64,000 nucleotides of DNA from Fimbriosthenelais zetlandica (Eukaryota): the NCBI GenBank assembly GCA_977030845.1, contig OZ365116.1, forward strand, positions 21,576,001 to 21,640,000, given 5' to 3'. Shown one piece after another: positions 25,442-38,100 of this stretch (the first letter of the stretch is position 1; each line of letters opens with the position of its first letter). The translations under genes were made by a program, and so were the position numbers. Below the pieces are notes generated by a model. It made no database searches. It saw nothing but the letters and a program-made list of their open reading frames with translations, and was not told the DNA's origin.

Positions 25442-26186
25442 ATGTCTGCAACACCAGACCCTCGTGTTGTTACCATGGAGGACACAACTGGAGACTATAG
25501 CAGTGGTAACTACACACCTAGCAACCACACAGACACACAACCCCCGGGGATGTTCAGCACCCTCCCTGAAGCCTACGTCGTCCCTATAGTGTTCCTATGT
25601 ATATTTGTAGTTGGAGTGGTGGGCAATGGTACCTTGATATACACTGTGGCTCGTAATAAGAACATGAGAAACGTTCCCAATATCTTCATCGTCAGTCTGG
25701 CCCTGGGTGACCTGGTATTAATATTGGTCTCAGTGCCATTCACCGCCACCATCTATACCTTTAAGCAGTGGCCGTACGGTCAGGCTATATGTAAGTTGAA
25801 TGAGTTTCTTCAGGCCTTTTCATTAGGAGTGTCAGTGTTCACCCTGGTGGCTCTTAGTGGGGATCGATATATCGCCATTGTTGATCCCATGCGGCGACAT
25901 CGCGGATCACCGACCACGCGCACCTTAATCATCGCAGCTGGTATCTGGGTACTAGCCACACTCCTGGCTATACCGGAAGCTGTCACGGCACACATCCGGT
26001 ACGTCAACTTTGGTGGTCACGTACTGGAGCTGTGTGCCATCCACCCGGACGAGTGGGGGGAGGGGTACAAGAAGTGTCACACCATGTTCCGCTTCCTCGT
26101 CTACTTCGCCCTGCCCATCTGTATCATTGGCATGTTCTACCTGCTCATGGCCAGGATCCTCTTCCATAGTGCCAAGAAAATGCCAG
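25442..26186 (+). CDS. CCHaR: GPCR coding exon 1 (N-terminus to TM5/ICL3)
   Basis: ATG at 25442 (a second Met at 25475 has the better accATGg context); donor CCAG|gtaagt at 26186/7. Confidence 0.94.
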
Positions 26187-29100
26187 GTAAGTATCTAATT
26201 AACTGTCTCCAATATTCCTTACTCCTCTCAATATAATAAGGTACTATACTAAGGTGATTCAAAAGTATTTACTATTCCAAGGTGATGTAGAATATACGGC
26301 TAATGTGTTGTTGCTCGTTAATGTTCGTTCTTAAAGTAATCAAGGATGAACATTATAGAGACTATGTACACTTTGATGTCAGGTTTTAACTACAAGAAAA
26401 AGGATGCGGCCAGGCAAAAAGTATTGTTAAATATACGACTCTCACGTCTGGTACCAAGTCCACATTTTCATTAATGTTGATGGAATAGATAGTGGTGCAA
26501 GACGAGTCAGAGTAAATTTGCTAGAATTTGGGAAAATGGATCCTCAGGGAGAAAAAAGGCAATATGATCAGAAAATCAAATGACTGGGTAAAGAAACCAG
26601 ATCCTAGAGGTTCGTATTTGCTTGGCGGTGTCTATGTTTGGTGTCTTCGATTGAAGGCAGACTCAGTGGGAGATGGACAACAGTAAGGAATCAATCTCTC
26701 CCGTGTAAGATTTGGTCATAAGACTATATCTTAGGGGGCAGTGTTGACCCATGAATTATTCTCAATGGGCACACTTTGATATTCATTTTCTTACATATCC
26801 CTCGCATTTTCTGGCAGACATTGTATTCATGAATTTGAGGGGATATACAACAGACGTCATGCTTTTGATTTTAAAAGTTTGGTTACTTTGGGGTATTTGC
26901 AAGAAGACCTTCACGAGAGCAACCCTTCAACAAGGATAGCCCATCTCAGAGCTGGCCAACCCTCTACATCTATTGTTAACACCAGTGGTTACAACCCAGA
27001 GGCTTACTTTTAATTTCTCTCGGGGTGAATCCATCTGCTCTTACAGTGATTAACTGACCATCAACTGTCACATATACTGTACACACTCCTAATGTCCATC
27101 ACCTTTATGATGACCACTGGTATCTACTTGTCTTCATTAATCATCACTTGGTTTTAGAGTGATTGCTTGTTTGTCATTTGAAAAGATCACATCTAACAGT
27201 GGACAACTAATTTCAGGCCTTACCCTGTCAACATCTCTCCCCTACCTGATGATATTCTATCCCATTGAAGACTGCTTTTAAGAGTTGGTGCACATAGACT
27301 CAACATGGCTGGGCTTAATTAGCTTCCCTTACTAACTGCCCCACCTGAAAGCTGGACATGCTTTGCCTGTCTTGGCCAAGAGCCCGGTGGTAGCCTCTAA
27401 CATGGCCTTCTTTTTAAGTACCATCAGGACTTATTAGCATAGTCCCCTGGCAACAGGGAGGCGGCGGTGTAAATGTTTGAATTGGTTCTGACGTGGCTAG
27501 CACACTTTGTTCACTAGAATTCCTCTCTTCTAATGAATTTCATTATAGCATATATGATGGTAATATCAATTTTTTACACCATGAAACTTTCAATTTCTGC
27601 GAATAAAGGAAGGCCTCGACATTGACGCATTACCTTTACATTTGCTTACATTCTGCCCATTTCCTTTTGAGTAACACATGCCTTGGTCGACCGAACAAGA
27701 ATCCTACGTGAATATAAAGATTTATGTCGTTGATTTGTTCGGCCATTCATGAGCCATATATATAAGTATAGAGTCTGGGAGTGCCTCAAAGCACACATCA
27801 AGACATTTCACAAGGCATGGTTTGTGTTAGGTTCCACGTACAAAGCCTTCACAGAGATGGAACGCAAATACTTGCGGGCATGCTCAATCAAATGGATTTA
27901 TTAAAAGTTAACATTTATATGAAGAGAGTTTATTTACACAGCTTCCGTTAAAAGGAGACTTCAAAGGGAGGAACAAGGCAAGATAACAGGGGAGTTGAAG
28001 GTTATCACCATTCATCCTTCACAGACAAACATGGCAATGACAAACCAAGGATCCTTAAAGGCATGAAACAAGAACACAGCAAAGACAACGAGCCACGGGT
28101 CGTTATTCTTACCATTAATCACCCAAACTGACAGAACGATGTGGGAGGGCTTGTAGTGATTAAACTAATAAAGTGTTAGACACAAAATCAAGGCAATAAA
28201 ACGTCTGAGGCTCAGCCATGCAGTGTAATGGGTGGTTTAATCATAGATCATGCTGTGTAATGGGGTGGTTTAATCATAGATCATGCTGTGTAAAGATCGT
28301 GAAATGTCGTCCAGACGAAAGCAGCATGGATCAGAGTACTACAAAGCTTTTTTGTAGAAATGCATTTATCTACTGGTCCCTTTCAAGACAATGTACTACA
28401 ATTCACGCTTTTGCCATGTTAGGTGGTTTGGCCACTGGACTAATGCCTTTTCCTGGTTTATTAACTAGACTTATTCTTCCAGTATTCATTTGTAATGTAA
28501 GAATTGATTTTACAATGTTGGAATTTGATCATGAGTCATGTCCAATATGTTTGACTTTGAGTATGTGTTTGAAAAGATCTAAAAAGAGTGATTGGCAGGC
28601 ATCGTAGTAATTAGTAAGGAAGCCCTATCAGGTAATTAATCACGTCTCTCCTCGACTTGTGCTTCATACATGTCACAGAAATCTAATCAAGTCAACAATA
28701 AAAGAAGCCCGAGTATCATGGACCACTTGGTGAAGGAGACATTCCAGAAATGAAGAATTACGGGTCGATTAAATGCTCTGGAATCATCAGCAGTTGAGAA
28801 TTGACAGCTTGCAGGCAGCAGAGGAACTCTATCCCGAAAAAACAAACCAAAATCAGTGTTGACCCATGATAGTTCATCCCATCTCTAGGCTTCAAATGAC
28901 TTCAGTCATCCATAAAAAAGCCTGAACTTTTTTATCTGAGAATTCTAGCTTAGAGACTAGGGCCCTTATATCTAAATTATAGTCCATCTCTATCAGAGAG
29001 GCATACATTCAGACCATCTTAGAGAGCTCATTATAATAGAACTCCGAGTTGTCTCAGAGAAGTAGATTGGATCTTCTTATCTCAGGCCTTACATCATGCT

Positions 29101-32100
29101 AACAGGACATATATGTAGCAGAAAGGGAAAGAGGGAGTGACCGGAAGTATCTTGCTCAGTCACTTCTAATCAGGACACTTGAGTAAGCATACAAAGGCCG
29201 TGATGAAAACACGTATTACCTCCCACTTCCGGTTTACTGGCAAAGACATCTTGTCAGCTTGGTTTGTCAGTGACCGGCGTAAAGTACCACATGTCCACCA
29301 ATCTATACTAGATGGGTGCTTCATTCAATTGTGACGTCATAATGACCACATCATCCACGGGGGAATGACTGGTGTTCAGTCATGGGATGCCTTTCATGCA
29401 AGGGAAGAGTTCCTTGAATGTAGCGGAGTGAGAAAGAGGAATATGGATGATGAGATGGGGAATGTGGGAAGGGGTTGAAAGGATGCAGGAAGACAAGGGA
29501 AAGGCGGCTGATATTTATGAAAGGAGGAATAGAGCTCTATCGGTAAATGGGTTTGGGAACCTTGCCATTGCTCATTTGCACCTAAATCTGCGGACGGTAG
29601 GTCCCTTAATGTATACTTCACAGACATGGGTATTAGCCCCGAGTCATCATCTAGGAATAATTTGGGTAATTCCAGATGTTGGATTGGGTCAAGTTGGTGG
29701 AGGATTGTGATAAGTCTTCATGAAGTCTCACATAAAACATTCGTTCCATCTTACAGCTACACTTCTAATAACTTTTGGCTTGCTAATTGGATTTCAAAAT
29801 TAATGACTTGATATAAAAATAAAGTAAAGATTGATGGAATTTAATTTCCTTAATGTCTGCATTTCAAATAAATCATTGATTCATTCTAAATGATCCTAAG
29901 GGCAAAGAACGGACTGAATTGAAATGATTGATTTTGGCAACATATAGGATAGTGTTTTTTCCGCAAAATCAGACCAATTGGGTAGAACAAAGTGTTACAG
30001 CAAATCTGAAAATGCTTGTTTTATGTTTGTAACAAAGATAATCGTAACTTGTTATTATAAGAATCCTCCCTTCAATCAATCCTTTCTTTCCTTAAAGTTT
30101 CTTTCTTAAAAGTGTAAATTTCCACCTCATGAAATATGAGGATGATGTGGATAACAAATGGCTTTTTATAATCATATGGGACTTGCCAGCTCCTGTGGCT
30201 CTCATTTAATTATGTCGAGACACAGCCTTGGTCTATGATGTTGTTGTAATGACAAATACAGTCAAGGACGTGGCTGGTATTAAACATTGGTGAAAAAGTC
30301 ACAATTTATACAGCAATGATAGCCCCACACTGTTTACAACATGCACCTACTCATAATATTGTTCCAACATCGGTGTTTTTACAGCAGGCTCGTGGCTGTT
30401 GATATATTATTGGTTGTGTGTATATGTGTCTCCCATGTTAGGGGAAGTTTCACAGGGAAAATAATTCTGACATACACTTGCATTATTTAGAAGGACTATC
30501 GAGCTGTGGTCGGACATCATGCAAAGGAATGTCCCATCTAGTATGGTTCTGTCTCACCCCGAAATACAGTCGTTAAGATTAATAATCGCCAACTTCTCAT
30601 AAGCAACATCAGCATCTACAGGAAAGCTCCTGAACTGTGATTAAATTGGTGTTAAAATGGTGGGCAAAATAATTTTATTCGGTTTTATTCAGTTACTTTA
30701 AAAATGAAGACATTCTCAGAATTTTGGCAAATCTCATTGTATTGCTGTTAAAAATGTTTGTCACTGGGGGCAAAATAAACTTTTTATTGAGTTATTTTTC
30801 CCGTGGTAGTGGAAAGTCTTTATTAACTCTTCAATAGTCCAGGAAGAACCATTGTTTTGAGTTTGGTCTTTTTCGTCTGACCCGAAAGCTACTTCAATAA
30901 AATGTTTATGTTTTCACTGTCTGGCAGCAGGAGAAAGGATCAGAGAGAAACGTCAATAAAATAAATCGCCTTTTGAAGGTTTTTGAAGCATTGTGTTGAC
31001 ACCAGGTGGGTGGTAGTCGTGTTTATACAGGTGTGGAGGAGTTAACATTGGTGTGAGCACGACCTGACCTGCTCTCATGAGCTGTTATGACTATACATTT
31101 ACAATCCCCCGAGTAAAAAACTGAGTGAACGTAAAACTTCACAGGTGGTAATAGCCGGGTAAAGGCCCGATAGGAATCAATACTCAGCAATAATGCATGT
31201 ACATTTACTTACGTGAACGTTAGTGTTCCTCTCAGCGTCTCTTCCTTTTCCTCGTTTCGTATCTTTTCGATGACGTCCTCATTTCTGGCTCTGAAATGAA
31301 AATGAAGTTTTTGTATCAGAAATGTAATTATACTCCCACACAATTTTTGTTGTAGTGTAGGATATCCTACATGGTAAATCATTTGGAAATCTTAGAAGCA
31401 AGATGGTTATTGAATCATTGGTAGTCGGACATGTTGAAATCGTTTACAGGATGAATAATAGTATTTAAATCAGCTGCATGTTTTTTGTCATTCATGATTT
31501 CTGGATAATATTTCAGCCAGCACCTGTGGGGTGGTTTGCTCGTGTTATGTTGATCTAGAAACTGAAAACTAATGGTGTTTACAGGTGGGAAGGGAGAAGA
31601 ACAGAGAGGAGATGTGATCGTGTTGACTTATTTGTATAGGACGCAATGATATGAGGAATAATTCAGTCTCCTTCCATCACATCACCCAAACCCAGGTCTC
31701 ACTCTTATGCCTGGAACAGACTGCAAACGCCTCCGGTTGCTGGCTTTTTTCTCTTGGTAAACAAAGTGACAGACCAAGGTGGGCGTGTCTATAACAAGGC
31801 GCATGTGCCAAGAATGCAACACAGGAAAAACGCCCTGGTCTGTTCAAGTCATTATGTGGATTGGATTTCATTTTTCCCTCACAATTTCCGGGTCTGATAA
31901 ATTTAATTACTTGTGAATAATTTAGTCTGAGTTATTTAAATTATATTAAAAATTCTCTTTAGATACTTTTTTTTCATCAGGCAAACATAAATGGCAACTG
32001 CTTTAAAGCATGAAAGGAGAGTACCAAATACGGTGTTCCATATGACTGATTATTGTTTTTTGTGATATTTAATGCACTAGTGCATACATGTTGGTTACCT

Positions 32101-35100
32101 TGCTACTTGGATGATTTCCCTCCCTCCCTCCCAATTTTCAGAAAAAAAACACGGCTTTTCCATTTCATTCGAGATCCCGTGTTAATTATTTTTGCATGGC
32201 TTCCCAAAGATACTAACATCAAAGAGCCAATTATGCTTAAATCTGGATTTTCTGCATATGAGTGGCAACCATGCAAAGGTGGCATTTCTTTGACCGAGTA
32301 CATTTTAACTCCTCAGAGATATTTTAAAAAGAGCCGGACGTCCAATTAGCAACTAATGGATCCTTTGTCCGCCAATAGGAAGGTTCTTGTGTAAAGGATC
32401 ATTACCCTGGAGGGTGAAAGTGACTCCTCACTCGACCAGGGATTGTATAATAACATATTATACATCATACTGTCTGCCAGCCAAATGGACTCTATATTGA
32501 TATGGACGAGATAGGGGGATGCCAATCTGTATGAATATGTTATATGTGCTCGGAGAACCACCAGATTGGATGGTTTTTCAAGTGACTATCGCAATTAGAT
32601 TTCCTGTTTCTGATGTCATTGCCATTCATTCGTCATTTTTGGGGAACACTTTTTCCACATTGTGGTTTTTTTCTAAAGAGGCAAAGTGTAGGGATTTTAA
32701 ATGGGGGTATCTAGGTTCAATTGCACGAGTTTGCGCGATTAAAATGCTGGTAAATGGGCATTCAAAGACCATGCAGCCATGATTCCTAAAATGTTGATGG
32801 ACTTATGAAAGTAGGTGGGTATCACAGGGTACTTGATTCTCATATTCAAGTGTTCGGACCATTGGTCTCCCGAAGACGCGAAAATAATCAAAGAAGAAGT
32901 TAGTTCCCAGCTCAAGTTTCTGGTTGTGTCAGAATATCTATGAGCGTTTGGTCACGTTGGCGTTCCCTTGACAACGATCCTTTGGTGATGTAGTCTGTGA
33001 CTGCACGAAGCCAGCGTTCTCCGTGTTTGGTGATGGAGACATGGAGGGTGATGGATGGGCGAATCTGATTAGCCTTAGATGTAGGTGTATGCGGGATCAG
33101 GCAGGAAGGGAACAAGGGATTATAGATGAAGAGATAGATGGAAGAGCTTAAAGGAATAAGGAAACCATTGAGGGCTGGTACCCTTGAAGAATGTTTGAAG
33201 AATGTAATAGAATGGGAGATGTGTGAGGAATAATTTAGTATTTCTCTGGGTGTATATAGGCCAGGTATCCCAGCTATATCATTGCTGACCTTGTATACAT
33301 ACACTGTCAGTCACTCTGTGCTTGTAAAGTGATATCCTCTCATTTCCTCACTGTTTTATAGTCATGATAATCCTATATGTGGCAATGATTCTCACGTTTC
33401 TTTATCTCAACGATTCAATATTATTAGAAGCCATTGGTGGGATGGTAATCATGCATGGGGTCTTTGAAGGTGGCCACTCGCCTGAACATTTTTCTATTGA
33501 CATCAGATGAAGGACGATAAGTCTTAAGTCTTACACAATCACTCATAATATTACCAAAGCTCAAAAGCATTTCCTTCAACATGAATGCATTCAGGAGAAT
33601 CATCTTGATTTTTTTCGGCTTTGAGCTTAATTCCACTCAAGACCACGTGAGCTTTGAAGAAGCCTTAGGGCCTAAACATACTTGCCCTGGAAAGTCCTCC
33701 TCTAATAACACAGAAATAATGCAAGAAATGTACTTTGAGAAATAGCACCATTTGGATAAAACTTCGTGCCTGATGCCCCGACAGAAGCTTTGCCTCGTTT
33801 TATTTCTTTCTGCTCTGAACAGGAGCACCGACTTGTGAGGGATATCAAGAGAAGGAATACAGATAGGAGACAGATAAAAAGGGATTGGGAAGTGGGGGCT
33901 AAGTTGTCGCCAAGGGAATAAAGAATGAATGAATTAAAGGGAAATACAACAGACATGATTCAATGACCCACAAGCAGGGACTTACAGTGACTTATTTAAA
34001 AGGAAGCCTTTAGTTTGTTCCTTGGGGGATCTTGCCTTTAAACCGTGCATGAAAGGGCCTGCTGGCATGCTAGTCTATAGTAAACGAAGACGCCTCCATC
34101 AACGTCCCAACTACATCCCTTATACTGAGTGCCAACAGAGGATGTCAAAGCCAGGAAGATGCTCCCAGAAAACCCATATATGCCAAGTTTTCTGACAGGA
34201 GTGATAGATAACATATTTAGGTGTATTGTTCACACACTGTTATTACGTTATTGCTTCAAAAATGTGCATGTCTTGGTGTGAACCGGGTTGGTGGTTGGTA
34301 AGCAGACCTTGATATCTGTCTTTATCCAGGCTGGGGATGTCGGGATCTATGTTGGAATGATTGCCCTATATGATGGATCTTATCAAATTGACCCTGACAG
34401 ACATGAGGTCCGCCTTACATCATGTTTGCTGCCTGTCCCTGATGGCCAATATCAAAGCAGTATGTCAGTTTGCACTTCAATCAATAAACGATTGGGCCAT
34501 ATTCAAGCCACCATATGACGGTGCTTCATGCCCGATCAGCGTCAAATGTGGGCCAGCATGTGAGAGTACGCTCGTGGAGATAAGGAATTAATTGTCAAAT
34601 TCTGTTCTGTTTATAGTAATTTTCCCTTGAGAAACTCGATCATGTGGATGAGAAGCAGGAAAGGTTCTCACAGAGGAGATAAAAGGCACGACCTCGTGCT
34701 CTATAAAGGATTAAGGCCTTGTACAAATACATGTACTGGTGAGGCGGCTCATTCCACCTGATTCAAAGGTGCTGTATAACGTATAATGTCCCAGAAAAAT
34801 AACACAAAGGCACAGCTTAGTCTTTAAACAAGTAACCAAGCAGATTAGTTGAGAGGATAAATGATTGTTATTAGGGGAACATGACCGTGATGGAAATGCT
34901 CACATTGCCCAGTAATTCCCACGTCTCTAACTTTACTCCAGCTTGCTGTTCAGTTTAGTGAGCATGGGTCAGTGGGGGAGGTGGGGCTCCATTAAAAATG
35001 GTCATTCATTGGCTTTAGTTGATGCCATCCAAAGTTACCACCTATACTGTGTGTAGCTATCATGTATTCTACTAGAACTCATATCAACTGGAATACAAGT

Positions 35101-38100
35101 ACTATGGCATTTAGGAAAGGATACACAGTATAGTCCATAATATGGCATCATGTGATGTTAGAACCGCAAGTCTCTGATTAGAACATGGGAGGGAAAAGCC
35201 AAGAGACTGTTAATGGTGTATAGACTGTGTTAATGCTATAGACCAGTGTGTCCGTGCTTTATCTCAGTTCTACCGCCTCTCAATATCCACCCTATCTAAT
35301 GCACATCGGATATTTTGTAGAGTGCGTTGAATAGTGGAAGTCTATGATGGACAAACATTTCGTCGCAGTCGCTTCTACAAGCGTTTCCAATGCCACAGTT
35401 GTTAGTGCAATGCCAAGAGCAATGATCCCATAGAATCCTCCGACTACAGTCATGAATGTCACAGCAGAATTGTTCCAAATTAAATATAACAGTCTTAGCA
35501 ATTTACAGATATCTCAATGTTAATATCAGTCGGAGAAGTCAGTCGTGAAGATTTCATTGTAGAGACTATTTAAATTTTGATTAATATCGAATAAGTAAAA
35601 AGGACTTATTCCATTTGTCTTTTTACGCCTGATATTTTCAAAGTCATTTTAAAATAGTAGGGTTATTAAGTATCTAAATATAAGATAATCATTATGAATG
35701 TGTCAAATCTCGATGTGGTTGTCACCAAGTTAATGGAATGTACAATGTATTTGAGCTCTATCTAACTCATCTCACAGGTCTGGTTTAACATTCTGGACAC
35801 CCTGAGCTTCTTTTATTTGACGGCTCATTTGAGCAAATGTCAATACAACATCCAAACTATATGAGGGGGTGGGCACATAGAATTATATATAATTATATAC
35901 GCAGTGGGAATATATCTCTACTGACATACATATTAGTATTCATATTTTATCTGTAGATTGTTCTGACTGGGAGCTGAGAAATATTACTGTGAAATATTAC
36001 TATACACCAATTAATCCACATCAATGCTCTTGTGATATAAATAATGACATTAGTGGCAGTTATGTATGAATATACAATATGCATAGCCCATCATGTCCTT
36101 TACTGCCGCAGAAAATAATTATCATGTTTTGCCCGTCACTTTCCTGTAATATCTTTATAATCCCATCCACTCCCAATTACAAACAAGGCATTACAAACTT
36201 GTTCACTGTAGAATAACTTTATAGCCACTACTATCGATCACATACGTAGACCCAAATCACTATTAGTTTAATAATGTACTGGACGCTATTTCCAATATAG
36301 ATTTTAACAAAATACGTTTCTTGTAGAACCTGTGATTGCAATCTGTTAGATTATAATTTTTCATTGTGAAGAAGTTCTGTTGATGGAATTACACAGAGAA
36401 CCTATCGGCTAATACTACCCCGGGGCCTTCCTCAATACATCGCTATTCAAACTTAATTTCCATATATTTTTCCTCAGCTTTCCCTGCTAACATTCACCAC
36501 ATGTTTGGACGCGTCTTTAATTTCCATTAGCAGAATCATATGAAACGTTTCAAACCAGTTTGGCATTTCATCACATAGAAGATGTGCTCGAGTATGAGTG
36601 CTTGAATAGCGCTGCTCTGAAAGGGCAGCGGGGAGATTTCTATGAATTATAACACCCCTTCTAAGCTTCCTCTCATCTTAAGGGAAAGGCTAACTATCTG
36701 TTTTAAAACGCATGGTGATTATCAGAGGAATTCTGAATTAAACTTTGTGAAGCTAAAAAGAAAAGCACCACTCTTGCCTTTCAAATTTTGAAGTTAATAA
36801 CTTGGTTCCTTATCGACAGTTATTTTCTTTGCGCACAATCTCTATATTGCAATTATTGAATTGGTCTCAAGCTTTCATTTAGAAGACTCTTAAAGCCATT
36901 AGCAACTTATTAAGAACTCATTGTGTTTAATTGCACACTCTGAGACTGGGTTATAGGTCTAATCTCCATGCCCATGACCGATATATAAGCTATTTCCAAA
37001 ACCTATTTTTTCATCCTCTTCATTATTACTTAAACCCATGCAAAGTATATCCAGTCTGTTTCAAAACGAATACGGTATTAGCTAATAGACTAATAGCATT
37101 GCTATAGCGTTCCTTTTGAAACGGGTTCCTGCTTTCAATTTTGAAAATCGACTTTAAAAATTCTAGATTCAATATTTGTGGACCGATCAATAAAATGATG
37201 GACCAGAGTTAATTTTTGTTGGCAGTTATACTTGGCCCGCGTTTCGTGATTTCTACTATCATAGTATGGGAATGAATATTGATTTTCACTTGGAGAAATT
37301 CTGAGGCATGCACTCCATATACATATAGATTCACTGTACCGAGATTCAGTTTGCTGGGTTGCATGCATGCGCCTCGTTCGCCTTGATGCATATTAGGAAA
37401 AGTCGCAAAAAATATTCCACACGTTCATGCAAGGGTGCAATATGCTCGACCAATATATCGGTTCCTATATAGGCTCTCGCGTTCATGTTTTTGAATATAC
37501 GTATGGACTTTGCGATGTGCTGGAATCTTTCAAATATGGTCACGCCAACATGTTGATTTTATTAGTGGTGAGTAATTTCCGAGAGTAAAATTGAACTTGG
37601 AATATCACACGATTGTACATACATGCATGTATTTCCACCCGCTTACAGATTTTACACTGAAATATATATATATAGACCAATAGGCTCGTGAGCCTATCTA
37701 TAGGTCATCATGGTAGGAAATCACAAGTTGGCTCATCGTATGTAAATTAGTCAATAGTGAGAGGGGAAATTTGGAGTTGAAAGTCAATATAATCTTGGTA
37801 TGACTATAGACGTGTCCAAAACGACACTGAACTGAAAGTGGGCCAAGCGTTCACACGGCACACACATCGGTGACAATGAAACATTCAAGCTTTCCCTCAT
37901 CAATTCCTTTACTGGTTTCACTCAAGGGATTCTGACAGGAATTTAATACGTGTAAATGTATTTAAATGACGTTTAAACATTCATTAATGTGTTTTGAGTC
38001 CAGCCGTGCAGGAATATAATGATCATGTCAATTAATGTGCACTGAGGCCATCTCTTCAGATACGACAGAAGGCTGAGCAGAGCAATTTGCTGAATTTGTG

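Noticed and set aside
25810-26198. Several antisense or alternate-frame ORFs
   Set aside because: Shadows of the GC-rich GPCR exon.
26739-28869. Exact 16-mer cagtgttgacccatga at 26739 and 28854
   Set aside because: About one such match is expected by chance in 64 kb, and the flanks do not align.
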